A stretch of 63,318 bases of DNA, filler included. It is 6 parts of 6 records of this genome, joined end to end, with 100 filler letters (N's around TTAATTAATTAA, not from the genome) between each part and the next. Parts side by side here need not be neighbours in the genome. Positions count along the whole stretch, not along the records: positions 15,339 to 26,408 come from SRR31156797_13883; positions 26,509 to 47,366 come from SRR31156797_13891; 4 more parts are not named here. One strand, written 5' to 3'. This document shows, piece by piece, positions 20,796-31,334 of this stretch. The notes beneath the pieces were generated by a model. That model was not told where the DNA came from and ran no database searches. It saw only the letters and a program-made list of their open reading frames with translations. The translations under genes and the position numbers were made by a program. Numbering within the stretch: the first letter of the stretch is position 1; each line of letters starts with the position of its first letter.

Positions 20796-21401
20796 GTGGA
20801 CGACAGTGATGTTAAATCCGCGGCGCTAATACCGGAAAAGATAAAAATGAGGCTTTACCCTGTGGTGTTGGATCTTTTTTCCAACAACGATTACCACCAG
20901 GTTAACATGAGAATAATCAGCAGGATATCGGGGGTAAGCACCGGCACGATTTACAAGTATTTCCCATCCAAGGAAGAGCTGGTTTTTACAATTATTGAAG
21001 AAAAAATAGCGGAAGTAATCGAACTGTCCAAAATTCACATCCAGGAAATGGAAACCACGCGGGAAGTATGCCGTAAACTGTTTTGGGTATTGATGGATTA
21101 TTACGACAGGAACCCGGGCGTGGCCATAACGTTTTTTATTACCGTGTCGACCAAAACCTGGATGCAGAAAAAATCCTATTTGAGAGTTGATTCCTTGGAT
21201 ATTATCAGGGAATCTCTTGATAAAGGTCGTAAACGTGGGGAACTGGACCCCGCCTTGAGCGATTCCCGGATAATAAGCATTTTTTACATGCATTGTTACC
21301 GGGAAGTTCAAATTTGGTATTATAAAGGCATGAAATGGAAGCTTGAGGACTCCATACCCGGCTTTTTTCCGATTTTTTGGAAAACCATATCAAGCGATTG
21401 A
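20796..21401 (+). CDS. TetR/AcrR family regulator
   Basis: N-terminal HTH ISRISGVSTGTIYKYFPSKEEL. Confidence 0.9.
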   Translation: MDDSDVKSAALIPEKIKMRLYPVVLDLFSNNDYHQVNMRIISRISGVSTGTIYKYFPSKEELVFTIIEEKIAEVIELSKIHIQEMETTREVCRKLFWVLMDYYDRNPGVAITFFITVSTKTWMQKKSYLRVDSLDIIRESLDKGRKRGELDPALSDSRIISIFYMHCYREVQIWYYKGMKWKLEDSIPGFFPIFWKTISSD

Positions 21402-21462
21402 TATATTAAACAATTCCACTAGAGTACGAAACGATAAAACGCTAAGCTGCTCAAGCGCTTCA

Positions 21463-24400
21463 CTAATCAAACATCACCCTGATCAACCGGGCCAACTCCT
21501 CTTTTTTAAAGGGTTTTCGAATAAATCCCCGGATCCCTAATTCCTCGGCCTTTTTTTCATCCACGGCTTCACTGTAACCGGTGCTTAGGATGACCGGCGC
21601 GCCGGGCTTGATGCGCATAATTTCCGCAGCCAGTTCCGTCCCGGTCATGCCGGGCATTGTCTGGTCGGTAATTACAAGATCATATTTGTCCGGTTTGTTT
21701 TTAAATGCATCCAACGCGGCGGAGCCGTTGGTTTCAATAAACACCGAGTATCCCAATCCTTTGAGTACGGCGCCCCAGGCTTCAACCAAATCCGGCTCAT
21801 CATCCACAAAAAGGATGGCTTCCGTCCCTCCGGGCGCCTGGTTTACAGTTTCCATTCCATATATAACATCATCCTTGGCTATCAAGGGAAAAAGGATAAT
21901 AAAGGCAGATCCCCGGCCGGGCTCGCTTCTAACCGTAACATGACCGCTGGATCCTTTAATAATGCCGAGAACGACGGACAGGCCCAATCCGGTTCCTTCG
22001 CCTTTTTCCTTGGTGGTGAAGTACGGGTCAAAAATTCGCTCAATGGTTTCAGGACTCATACCGATCCCGTTATCCTTAACACCTAAGAGCAGGAATTGTT
22101 CCGAGGCCAGTTCGCTGGAAAACTCCATGGCAATCTGCTCCGGTAGAGCCCTGGAAAGACTGACTTCCAGAATTCCTCCTTTTTCCCTCAATGCCTGGGC
22201 GGCATTGGTGCAAAGGTTCATGACGACCTGGTGTATTTCCGTTGGATCGGCCAAAACCATTCCCGGATCGGCGGCGATGTCCTGCCTTATTTCAATAGTC
22301 GAGGGCAATGAGGCCCTCATTAATTTGATGGCTTCCTTAACGATTGGACCTATAAGAAGCGGTTCTCTTTTTTTCTCGCTTTGCCGGCTGAAGGCGAGAA
22401 TATTATCCACCAGGTCTTTTGCCCTGGCCCCTGCCTGCAGCACTCTATCCAGGTATCTTTGGACGGGCAGCTCCTTGGATTCAGCTTCAAGACCAAGCTC
22501 GGTAAAGCCTATGATTCCGGCCAGAATATTATTAAAATCATGGGCGATGCCGCCGGCCAAGGCGCCGATGGCTTCCATTTTTTGAGACTGTCGCAGTTGT
22601 GTTTCCAGTCTTATTTTTTCGGTCACATCTCTATTGACTGATACGAATCCTTCAATTTTACCCTTTGAATCCAGTATTGGAGAAATCGTTGCGTCCTGTT
22701 GAATAAAGCCGCCTTCCTTTGTTTTATTTATGAAACGTCCTTTCCAGGAGGCGCCCGACAGGATCGTTTGCCAGAGATTTTGATAAAACGTGATGTCGTG
22801 CAAGCCGCTTTTCAGAATACTGGTCTTTTGGCCGATTGCTTCATCCCTTGAATAACCGGTTATCCTTTCAAATGCCGGATTGGCGTATTCGATCAGGCCA
22901 TTAATGTCCGTGATTACAATATCTTCATCCGCCTGCTCTATGGCGGTCGCCAGGCGAATCCGTTCGGCTTCGGCCTTTTTTCTGGATGAAATATCTATAG
23001 CGGTTCCGATCATCCTTAGAGGGTTTCCATCCTGGTCGCGTTCAATGATTCTCCCCTGGCTGAAAACCCACATATATTCTCCGCTTTTTAGACGGACCCG
23101 ATGCTCGATGCTGTAACTTTCCGCCTCGCCCCTGATATGGGCGTTAACTGCTTCCATTATTGGGTCTTTATCATCGGGATGAACAATATCAAGTAAGCCT
23201 ATTAAAGTTTTTGGCAATTCCCCCGTTTCGTATCCCAATGCACGTGAATCCACGCCATCGAAAAGGATGCCGTCTTCGGTCATGTACATGTCCCAGACCG
23301 ACCCGCCCACAACTGACAGGGCCATGGACAGCCGTTCCTTGCTTTCCCTGACTTTTTCCATGGTTTTCTTTCTATCCGTGGCATCCCTGATGGTGGCCAG
23401 AACATGTCTTTCACCTCCGATATCCAGAACACTCATTGTTACTTCGGCGTCAAAAGGCGTTCCATCATAGCGGCAGTGGAGCCACTCCAGGGAAACAGAT
23501 TCGCCTTCCACGGCCCTCTCGGATATTTCCAAGGCTTTTTCCATTGATTTTGAGCCATCAGTCTGAAATTCAGGTGAAAACATGGAAAACGGCCGGCTGA
23601 GAATCTGTTCCCGGCTGCATCTGAATATTTCCAGGGTTTTAGGATTGCAATCAACCACCTGATTGCCCTTTAAGAGAAAAATCCCATCTCCGGACAATTC
23701 AAATAAGGCCCGGTAACGTTTTTCACTTTCCCTGAGCGCCAGATTATCTTTCTTTTGCCGGGTGATGTCGCGTCCTTCGGGTATCAGGTAAACAACAGCC
23801 CCTTCTTCATCGGTAAAAGGCTTTAATGAAAAATCTATGTCATGCAAGGTTCCATCTACTGAAATATTTGTTGTTTCAAATCTTATTGTTTTTTCTTGCG
23901 CTGCTCTTAAAACAGCATCGCGAACCCTGTCCTGCTCTGTTTTCGAATGAGCCCACCAAGGCAGTAGCCAGAAAGCATTGCCAATTACTTCTTCTTTTTT
24001 TGCACCGGCAAAATCCAGCGCGGTTTGGTTTACTTCAAGCATAAGGCCTTCCGCATTTAAAAGGCCCAGGAATTGAAAGCTTTGGTCAAAAAGCGCCCTG
24101 ATTTTACGGTCGCTGCCTATTATTGCTTTTTCGGCTTTGCGGCGGGCTTCGATCATTTCACTCGCTGATTCGGCAAGTTTTTCGAATTCATCAAACTCCA
24201 TTACCGAAGAATCGATCATGGTCGTACTATCTTCAACCATATCGAAGAACTCGGTAAGAGCTTTGTAGCTGGCCTCGGTCTTGCGGGCTACGCGCCTGGC
24301 CATGAAGAAAGAAAAACCGATCAATCCCAGCAGTAAAACCAAAATTTTAATTATATCCGCCTGTATATCCGCTTTTAACTCGATACCTTTTCTTTCGATT

Positions 24401-25386
24401 TCGGTTTCGATCTCGTCAATGTACAATCCGGAGCCGACATACCACTGCCAGTCATCTATCCCTTTGGAAAAACTTATTTTATGAGATTGCCTCTTATTAT
24501 CCAAATTGGGCATTACATATGAAACAAACCCACCGCCGGATTTTGCTTTTGTAATTAATTCTTCAACAACCCTGATCCCGTTTGGATCGGTAACATGAAG
24601 CATGTTCCGGCCGCTGGCCGGGCCGGCCAGGCTTAAACCGTCATATTGACCGACAAAAATATATTCATCAGTCTCATACCTGATGTCGGCAATTCTTGAT
24701 AAAACATTTTTTTGAACGTCCCTGGTAAAATCGGCCATATATTCTCCAGTACCGATATACCAGTTGAAAGGTTCAAAATGTTTGACAAAGGCCATTTTAA
24801 GGTGATGTTTTCCTTCAGTACCGGGTTTCGTCCATTCATACCTGTAAAAACCTTCCCCCTTTTCCGTTGCGATAGTAATCATGTCCTTGACAACGGTTTC
24901 GCCTGTCTCCATTTCCTGTTCCAGCAGGTTTACACCTTCCACTTGCGGGCGGTCGGCAAACAATTGAACAATGCCGCTAAATTCAACCATGAAATAGTAG
25001 CCCCGGCCGTCATTAAATCGAATAGGACGAATGGCTTCTATTATCATCTCCTTAATTTCACGGGAATTTTTGGAATCCTTATTTTTCTCATAAATATGCA
25101 TGGCTATCGAATAAGCATTATAAACGCGGCCTTTAATGGATTCTTTGAGCCGTTTTTCAGTTTGTGCTTTATTATATAGAATGAAGGATACAGCCCGATT
25201 AACTTCGTTCGTCAGCAGGGTTTTTCGTGAAGCAATATAATCCCGCCGCATTTTTCCCGTTTCAATATCAAATCCGCTCATCACGCTGTATATCCAAATA
25301 GAAGCCAATACAATAATGGAAATTACGGCGACAGCCGTCATGTTCCATAAAAACGTTCTGCTGATGCTCGGTTTTTTATAGTTCAT
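21463..25386 (-). CDS. Hybrid sensor histidine kinase (tandem Cache, multiple PAS, HisKA/HATPase, REC)
   Basis: Two TM segments flanking Cache repeats (WYIGTGEY, WYVGSGLY), several PAS repeats, LAGGIAHDFNNIL, MNLCTNA, GTGLGLS, ILFVDDE...VITDQTMPGMTG. Confidence 0.93.
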   Translation of the reverse strand: MNYKKPSISRTFLWNMTAVAVISIIVLASIWIYSVMSGFDIETGKMRRDYIASRKTLLTNEVNRAVSFILYNKAQTEKRLKESIKGRVYNAYSIAMHIYEKNKDSKNSREIKEMIIEAIRPIRFNDGRGYYFMVEFSGIVQLFADRPQVEGVNLLEQEMETGETVVKDMITIATEKGEGFYRYEWTKPGTEGKHHLKMAFVKHFEPFNWYIGTGEYMADFTRDVQKNVLSRIADIRYETDEYIFVGQYDGLSLAGPASGRNMLHVTDPNGIRVVEELITKAKSGGGFVSYVMPNLDNKRQSHKISFSKGIDDWQWYVGSGLYIDEIETEIERKGIELKADIQADIIKILVLLLGLIGFSFFMARRVARKTEASYKALTEFFDMVEDSTTMIDSSVMEFDEFEKLAESASEMIEARRKAEKAIIGSDRKIRALFDQSFQFLGLLNAEGLMLEVNQTALDFAGAKKEEVIGNAFWLLPWWAHSKTEQDRVRDAVLRAAQEKTIRFETTNISVDGTLHDIDFSLKPFTDEEGAVVYLIPEGRDITRQKKDNLALRESEKRYRALFELSGDGIFLLKGNQVVDCNPKTLEIFRCSREQILSRPFSMFSPEFQTDGSKSMEKALEISERAVEGESVSLEWLHCRYDGTPFDAEVTMSVLDIGGERHVLATIRDATDRKKTMEKVRESKERLSMALSVVGGSVWDMYMTEDGILFDGVDSRALGYETGELPKTLIGLLDIVHPDDKDPIMEAVNAHIRGEAESYSIEHRVRLKSGEYMWVFSQGRIIERDQDGNPLRMIGTAIDISSRKKAEAERIRLATAIEQADEDIVITDINGLIEYANPAFERITGYSRDEAIGQKTSILKSGLHDITFYQNLWQTILSGASWKGRFINKTKEGGFIQQDATISPILDSKGKIEGFVSVNRDVTEKIRLETQLRQSQKMEAIGALAGGIAHDFNNILAGIIGFTELGLEAESKELPVQRYLDRVLQAGARAKDLVDNILAFSRQSEKKREPLLIGPIVKEAIKLMRASLPSTIEIRQDIAADPGMVLADPTEIHQVVMNLCTNAAQALREKGGILEVSLSRALPEQIAMEFSSELASEQFLLLGVKDNGIGMSPETIERIFDPYFTTKEKGEGTGLGLSVVLGIIKGSSGHVTVRSEPGRGSAFIILFPLIAKDDVIYGMETVNQAPGGTEAILFVDDEPDLVEAWGAVLKGLGYSVFIETNGSAALDAFKNKPDKYDLVITDQTMPGMTGTELAAEIMRIKPGAPVILSTGYSEAVDEKKAEELGIRGFIRKPFKKEELARLIRVMFD

Positions 25387-25737
25387 AATGCACCCGTCGG
25401 CGGATCAAAGGCGCCCGGCCCTATTTATCCGGCCGCCCAAGCAGATTTATAAAAACCGATTCTGGAGAGATTTTTTATTCCAGGCGGCCATGTCAGGCGG
25501 GAAGGCCCCCAACTATTTTGGATAATTGCACATAATCCGGACATAAGTCCTTTTTTGGACGATTTCCATTTTTTCAGCCATAGGAAAAACAAGAGGAAAA
25601 GCCGAGGGAAAAGATAGATCCATAAAGTGAAAGTAATTATCAAAAACCGGTGGACCTGGCTTGGCCGACGCCGCTGTCCATATGGTTCATCTATAAGATA
25701 ATATTAAATTATCCCATCGGTTATTTCAAGGTCGGGT

Positions 25738-26408
25738 CTAATTGGTTTGCAGAAACCGCTTAAGTTTTAAATAAAAGTCGCCCGGATTTTCATTCATCGG
25801 GAAATGACCGCTATCATCAATCGATATGGTTTGGAACTGTTCCAATTTCTCCAAAACAACCATGCCCGAGTTATGTTCTCCATAAAAATAGGATTTATTA
25901 CACTCAAGCTTTTTGAATAATTCCATTAAATGCCCGGAATCCGACCACTTAACCAAAGAAGTCGCACTTTTATAAAAAGCTTCCGGATGAGCCCTATCCA
26001 GATCCAGGCCGGGCATGGGCTGCTCTCTCAGGCCATCTTTCAAGGCTGAAAAAAATTCACTTTCAAATTCAGCATACGAAATATTAGCGACTCCCCTGCT
26101 TAATATTGAACAATCCTCACCGATTAGATTTCCTTCGACGCTGACATATGATGAAAGCCTTTCGGGAATCAGGTCCGCGAGCAACAGCCCGATAGCCCCG
26201 CCCATACTATGGGCGACCAGGTGAATCCTTTTTTCCGTAAAGCCGTCAACAACCCGCCGGCAGACATCGGCCTGATCTTCCATGGAATAAGAAAAGCCCG
26301 AAGGCCGATCGGAATCTCCAAATCCGAACAGATCAAGGGCCAGAAGCGATATTCCGTTCAGTTCTTCCGCATCCAAGGCGTCTTTAAACGATTCTTTCGA
26401 ACACCCCA
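25738..26408 (-). CDS. Alpha/beta hydrolase (5' truncated)
   Basis: ALDLFGFGDSDRP, VAHSMGG nucleophile elbow, SGHFPM. Confidence 0.85.
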
Positions 26409-26508
26409 NNNNNNNNNNNNNNNNNNNNNNNNNNNNNNNNNNNNNNNNNNNNTTAATTAATTAANNNNNNNNNNNNNNNNNNNNNNNNNNNNNNNNNNNN
26501 NNNNNNNN
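26409..26508. other. Artificial contig-join spacer
   Basis: N run containing TTAATTAATTAA. Confidence 0.98.
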
Positions 26509-26568
26509 CAATCACAAAAGACTAGCCGAAAAGCACCGAACGTTCGGATGGGACCGGGGGAAACGAAC

Positions 26569-27306
26569 ATGCCTTTTCAGGCGATCCAACCACAGCGGAT
26601 GTACCAGCAGATCGCCAATCAGATCGCGAGTCTGATCCAGGAAAAGCAGTTCAAACCCGGCGAACGGTTGCCGCCGGAACGGGATCTGGCAAAGGAATTC
26701 GGGGTCAGCCGCAATGTCGTCCGCGAAGCGATGGTGGCCTTGGAACTGGCCGGATTGATCGAGGTCAGGATCGGCGCCGGCACGTTTGTGACATCCGGCG
26801 GCGGCGGCTCCATCACGTTTTCGCCACTGGGCAACAGCGATGTCGGACCGGGCCCGTTCGAGCTGTTGTCGGCCCGCCGCCTGATCGAGGGCGAGGTCGC
26901 CTATCTCGCCACCGAAACCGCCACCGACGAGCAATTGGCGAACATCCGCGAAGCCCTGATTCGCATGGAGCGCGACCCGATCCCCTACCGCATCAGCCGC
27001 AACTGGGACCGCATCTTCCATGCGAGGATCGCAGCGGCGACGAACAACACGGTATTCGTCACCATCGTCGACAACATGTGGAAGGCGATGCTCGACCCGA
27101 TGTTCGAGACCCTGTCACAGCACGCCCGCCTGCCCGAACATCACCGTATGACGCTGCACGACCATCGGGCCATTCTGGCCTGTCTGGATCGGCGCGACCC
27201 GGCAGGCGCCCGCGATGCCATGCGCGACCATCTGTCGCATGTCGACGAGGTCCTGTCGCAGGACGACGGACTGGCCACCGCCGGCAAGACAAAGCCGACC
27301 CCGTAG
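26569..27306 (+). CDS. GntR/FadR family regulator (UxuR/ExuR-like)
   Basis: GERLPPERDLAKEFGVSRNVVREA, FCD domain DRIFHARIA; convergent with uxaC. Confidence 0.9.
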   Translation: MPFQAIQPQRMYQQIANQIASLIQEKQFKPGERLPPERDLAKEFGVSRNVVREAMVALELAGLIEVRIGAGTFVTSGGGGSITFSPLGNSDVGPGPFELLSARRLIEGEVAYLATETATDEQLANIREALIRMERDPIPYRISRNWDRIFHARIAAATNNTVFVTIVDNMWKAMLDPMFETLSQHARLPEHHRMTLHDHRAILACLDRRDPAGARDAMRDHLSHVDEVLSQDDGLATAGKTKPTP

Positions 27307-27322
27307 ATTCCGGCCGCCGTCA

Positions 27323-28741
27323 CTAAACTTTATAAGCCGCCTTGACCAGGTTATAGGAAAGGTCGACGACCACTTCGTGGGCCTCGTCCTCTCCCAACCG
27401 GTGATCGGCCACCAGTTCGGCCAGATAGGCGCAGTCGACGCGCCGGGCGACATCGTGCCGCGACGGGATTCCCAGGAACGCCCGAGTATCGTCGTTGAAC
27501 CCGACCGTATTGTAGAAACCGGCCGTTTCGGTGACGTTGCGGCGGAACCGCATCATCCCTTCGGCGCTGTCGAAGAACCACCAGGGCGGCCCCAGACGCA
27601 GGCACGGATAGTGGCCTGCCAGCGGTGCCATCTCGCGCCCCTGTGCCGATTCGTCCAGCATGAACAGAATAACCGTCAGGTCGCGTTCGTTGCCGAAACG
27701 ATCCAGCAGCGGCTTCAGCGCCTGCACATATTCCGTCGCCGACGGAATGTCGGCGCCCATGTCGCGGCCGAACGTATCCATCAGATAGGTATTGTGATTG
27801 CGGGCCGAACCCGGATGGATCTGCATGACCAGGCCGTCGTCGAGGCTCATGCGCGCCATCTCGGTCAACATCTGGGCCCGGAACAGCTCGGCGTCGTCGT
27901 CCGAGCAACCGCCCTTCACGACCTTGGCGAACAAGGCTTCACAGGCCGCCTTGTCGAGATCGGCCGTGCGCGCCGTCGGATGGCCGTGGTCGGTCGAGGT
28001 GCAGCCGCCGACCTCCTTGAAGTACTGGCGGCGCTGTGCCAGGGCATTCAGGTAGCCGCTCCAACGCGTCGTATCCTCGCCGGTGATCTCTCCCAACTTG
28101 GACAGATTGGCGGCGAACCCGTCGAAATCGGGATCGACGACCGGATCGGGACGGAAGGCCGGAACCACCCGCCCGTTCCAACCGCTTTCCTTGACCGCTT
28201 TGTGATAACGCAGGTCGTCGGTCGGCGCGTCGGTGGTCGAGATCACTTCGATGTTGAAACGCTCGTACAGGGCGCGCGGCCGGAATTCCGGCTTCGCCAG
28301 GCTGTCCTGGATATGATCGTAAATCTCGTCGGCGGTTTCCGCATCCAGCTGTTTGTCGATACCGAAGACCTCGCTGAACACATGGTCGGTCCACATCCGT
28401 GTCGGCGTGCCCCGGAACAGGTAGTAGTTCTCGGCAAAAATCCGCCAGCTCTTGCGCGGATCGGGCTCCGCCCCGCTGCCGTCCTTGTGGGGAACGCCCA
28501 GGGATTCCAGGCTGATGCCGTGGCTGTACAGCATGCGGAAAATGTAGTGGTCCGGAACCAGGAAAAGCGTCGTCGGATTGGGAAACGCCGGGTCCTCGGC
28601 AAACCACTGCGGATTGGTGTGCCCATGCGGGCTGATGATCGGCAGGTCTTTGACGTCGGCGTAAAGACGGCGCGCCACCGCCCGGGTCGAGGGGTCGGCC
28701 GGGAAAAGCCGGTCTTCATGCAGCACGAGGGGTTTGGCCAT
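27323..28741 (-). CDS. uxaC: Uronate (glucuronate) isomerase
   Basis: MAKPLVLHEDRLFP, IISPHGHT, MQIHPGS, LGPPWWFFDS, GFNDDTRAF. Confidence 0.95.
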   Translation of the reverse strand: MAKPLVLHEDRLFPADPSTRAVARRLYADVKDLPIISPHGHTNPQWFAEDPAFPNPTTLFLVPDHYIFRMLYSHGISLESLGVPHKDGSGAEPDPRKSWRIFAENYYLFRGTPTRMWTDHVFSEVFGIDKQLDAETADEIYDHIQDSLAKPEFRPRALYERFNIEVISTTDAPTDDLRYHKAVKESGWNGRVVPAFRPDPVVDPDFDGFAANLSKLGEITGEDTTRWSGYLNALAQRRQYFKEVGGCTSTDHGHPTARTADLDKAACEALFAKVVKGGCSDDDAELFRAQMLTEMARMSLDDGLVMQIHPGSARNHNTYLMDTFGRDMGADIPSATEYVQALKPLLDRFGNERDLTVILFMLDESAQGREMAPLAGHYPCLRLGPPWWFFDSAEGMMRFRRNVTETAGFYNTVGFNDDTRAFLGIPSRHDVARRVDCAYLAELVADHRLGEDEAHEVVVDLSYNLVKAAYKV

Positions 28742-28896
28742 AATAATCTCCTTCCCTGGACGAGGTCCCGTATCGGGGTGAATGGTCGTGACGGGCCCGG
28801 TGGCCCAACCAATTTTTCTGGCCATTACCACGATTCGGGCGCGTCTGTCCAACGGCGATTGGTTAAATCGGCACGGATTTGGAGATTCGCTTCGGA

Positions 28897-29691
28897 TCAA
28901 TCCAGCCCGGCAATTTCCCGCATCGCCGCTTCCACGCCGGGAACCGCGGCGACCAGCGGATTGCCTTCGTAAAGGCCGTTGCCGGCCAGGAAGTCGTTGG
29001 TCCAGCCGCCGCTTTCGCGGACCAGGGCAATCCCGGCCAGGCAATCCCACGAATTGATATGGGCCTCGAAGTATCCGATGTAGCGGCCGGCCGCGACGTA
29101 GGCCATCGCCAGGGCGCCGGATCCGTTGCGCTGGAACATGCCCTGCCTGGACAGCAGGCGATCGAGCGCATCGATGGTCAGCTTCGGCGGCCGCCGCGTC
29201 GAATAGCCGATGCTGACGACACCGTCGCCGAGGCCGGAAACCGAACGCGACCGGATCGGTTTGCCGTTGAGCGTCGCCCCGCCACCGCGGCGGGCGGAGA
29301 ACAATTCGGACGAATTGGGATCGAAGATCACGCCGAATTCGACATCGCCGTCGACGACATAGGCGATGGATACACACCAGACCGGAATGCCGGCGACAAA
29401 ACAGTCGGTGCCGTCGATGGGATCGACCACCCAGGTGCCCGGCGCCGATCCCTCCGCGTCGCTGCGGCCGCTTTCTTCGCCGAAGAAGCTGTCCCCGGGA
29501 AACGCCGCAGCAATCCGCGCCCGGATGATTTCCTCCATCTCGCGATCGGCATTGCTGACCACATCCTGCACGCCCTTGGCGGAAATCTTCAATTCGTGCC
29601 CGTCGCGGAAATAGCGCATGCCGTGTTCGCTGGCTTCGCGGGCAACGGTTTGAGCCAGTTCGAATCGCACGTCGAGATCGTTTTTATTCAC
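28897..29691 (-). CDS. Inositol monophosphatase family protein
   Basis: FFGEES, WVVDPIDGT, WDCLAG. Confidence 0.92.
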   Translation of the reverse strand: MNKNDLDVRFELAQTVAREASEHGMRYFRDGHELKISAKGVQDVVSNADREMEEIIRARIAAAFPGDSFFGEESGRSDAEGSAPGTWVVDPIDGTDCFVAGIPVWCVSIAYVVDGDVEFGVIFDPNSSELFSARRGGGATLNGKPIRSRSVSGLGDGVVSIGYSTRRPPKLTIDALDRLLSRQGMFQRNGSGALAMAYVAAGRYIGYFEAHINSWDCLAGIALVRESGGWTNDFLAGNGLYEGNPLVAAVPGVEAAMREIAGLD

Positions 29692-29796
29692 CTTCTTCTC
29701 TCCTTAAATTCGGACGGCGGGAACGCCGGTAACCGTGCCGGCCAACAGACGAACAGTACTGTCGCAACCCGCTTGTAGAACCGTCGCCACTCTCTT

Positions 29797-29840
29797 GCAA
29801 TTTATTTTCTATTTGACTTCAAAGGTAGAAAATACTTTCC
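29797..29840. promoter_or_regulatory. Pair of IolR-like operators
   Basis: GCAA-N6-TTCT (29797) and AGAA-N6-TTCC (29827), resembling the rhizobial IolR box GGAA-N6-TTCC. Confidence 0.45.
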
Positions 29841-30280
29841 TATTTAGAACAGCTCGATGGCCGTGTACGGTCACGGCCATAACAGGGGAGAGGCAGAGCG
29901 GGCATATGGCACCGCAAGAAAAGACCCTCGGACTGAACGAGGTCATGGCTATCTCGGCGAGGCCATCGGCCCTCGTCAAGCCGCGTATTCCTTGTGTTTT
30001 TGGACCATTCGGCCGCGACCGGACAGATCGCGTTTTCGTCACGCTCCTCCCCGACCTTACATCCGTTTAACCGAATAGAACCGATCTGGACTCCGCGATC
30101 CGAAGTCCCAATAAATTGTTACAATGAAATTGCAGATTTAATACACTTTTTTGACGACTAGGGAGGGGGAGGCACTAAAAAACCACCGACAAGATGCGAT
30201 CGAAGCACATCCGTTGAACCCACTATCGGACCTCCCACGACAAGTTTCAATTAAACCGGAGGCTACAACAGGAGGACAGG

Positions 30281-31312
30281 ATGACGACTAAAACGAAACT
30301 TTTATCCGCGATTGCCGTCGCAGCCGTCGTATTGCCGGCTTCGACCGCCATGTCGAAAGACAAACTGACGCTTTATTGCAGCCCGCAGATCGAATGGTGC
30401 CAGCTGGTCATCAAGGAATTCCAGAAAGACACCGGCATCGAAGTGGCGATGACCCGTAAAAGCTCGGGCGAGACCTTCGCCCAGATCAAGGCGGAACGCA
30501 AAAACCCGAAGGGCGACGTTTGGTGGGGCGGCACCGGGGATCCGCATCTTCAGGCCGCCGAAGAAGGGCTGACGGTGGAGTACAAGTCGAAGCTGTTCGA
30601 CGACCTGCACCCGTGGTCGCAGAAACAGGCCAAACAGGCCAACTACAAGACCGTCGGCATCTACATGGGCGCGCTGGGATTCGGCTATAACACCGAATTG
30701 CTGGCCAAGAAGGGCCTGCCCGAACCGAAATGCTGGAAGGATCTGACCAACCCCGTATACAAGGGCGAAGTTCAGATCGCCAATCCCAATTCGTCGGGCA
30801 CCTCATATACGACGCTGGCCACCATGGTTCAGTTGTTCGGCGAGGAAGGCGGCTTTGACTGGTGGAAGAAGCTGCACAAAAACATCAACCAGTACACCAA
30901 GTCCGGCTCGGCGCCGATCAAGGCGGCGGCGCGCGGCGAAACGACGATCGGCATCGTCTTCCTGCACGACGTCGTGACACAGATTGTTAAGGGCTTCCCG
31001 ATCAAGGCCGTGGCGCCGTGCGAAGGCACCGGCTACGAAATCGGCTCGATGAGCATCATCAAGGGTGCCCGCAACATGGAATCGGCCAAGAAGTGGGCGG
31101 ACTGGGCGCTTAGCCCGGCAGCGCAGAGACTGATGGGCCAGGTCCAGGCCTATCAGGTTCCGTCGAACGCCAGCGTCTCACCGCCTCCGGAAGCCCCGGA
31201 CGTTTCGGCCATCAAGCTGATCGACTACGACTTCGGCAAATATGGTTCGTCGGCCGAACGTAAGCGTCTGCTGTCCAAGTGGGACAAAGATATAAAATCG
31301 TTGCCGCGTTGA
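30281..31312 (+). CDS. afuA: AfuA-type ABC substrate-binding protein (sugar phosphate; often annotated as Fe3+)
   Basis: LTLYCS, NPKGDVWWGGT, NPNSSGTSYT, QYTKSG, FLHD, PCEGTGYEIG, IDYDFGKYG match AfuA as recalled. Confidence 0.8.
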   Translation: MTTKTKLLSAIAVAAVVLPASTAMSKDKLTLYCSPQIEWCQLVIKEFQKDTGIEVAMTRKSSGETFAQIKAERKNPKGDVWWGGTGDPHLQAAEEGLTVEYKSKLFDDLHPWSQKQAKQANYKTVGIYMGALGFGYNTELLAKKGLPEPKCWKDLTNPVYKGEVQIANPNSSGTSYTTLATMVQLFGEEGGFDWWKKLHKNINQYTKSGSAPIKAAARGETTIGIVFLHDVVTQIVKGFPIKAVAPCEGTGYEIGSMSIIKGARNMESAKKWADWALSPAAQRLMGQVQAYQVPSNASVSPPPEAPDVSAIKLIDYDFGKYGSSAERKRLLSKWDKDIKSLPR

Positions 31313-31334
31313 TGATTGAAACAGGCACGATCTC

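Noticed and set aside
25425-25690. Small hydrophobic ORF upstream of the hybrid kinase
   Set aside because: No motif, weak start and no support beyond length.
27323-29377. 684-aa extended UxaC
   Set aside because: The extension overlaps the IMPase gene in another frame; the real start is the ATG at 28741, which has an AAGGAG ribosome site.
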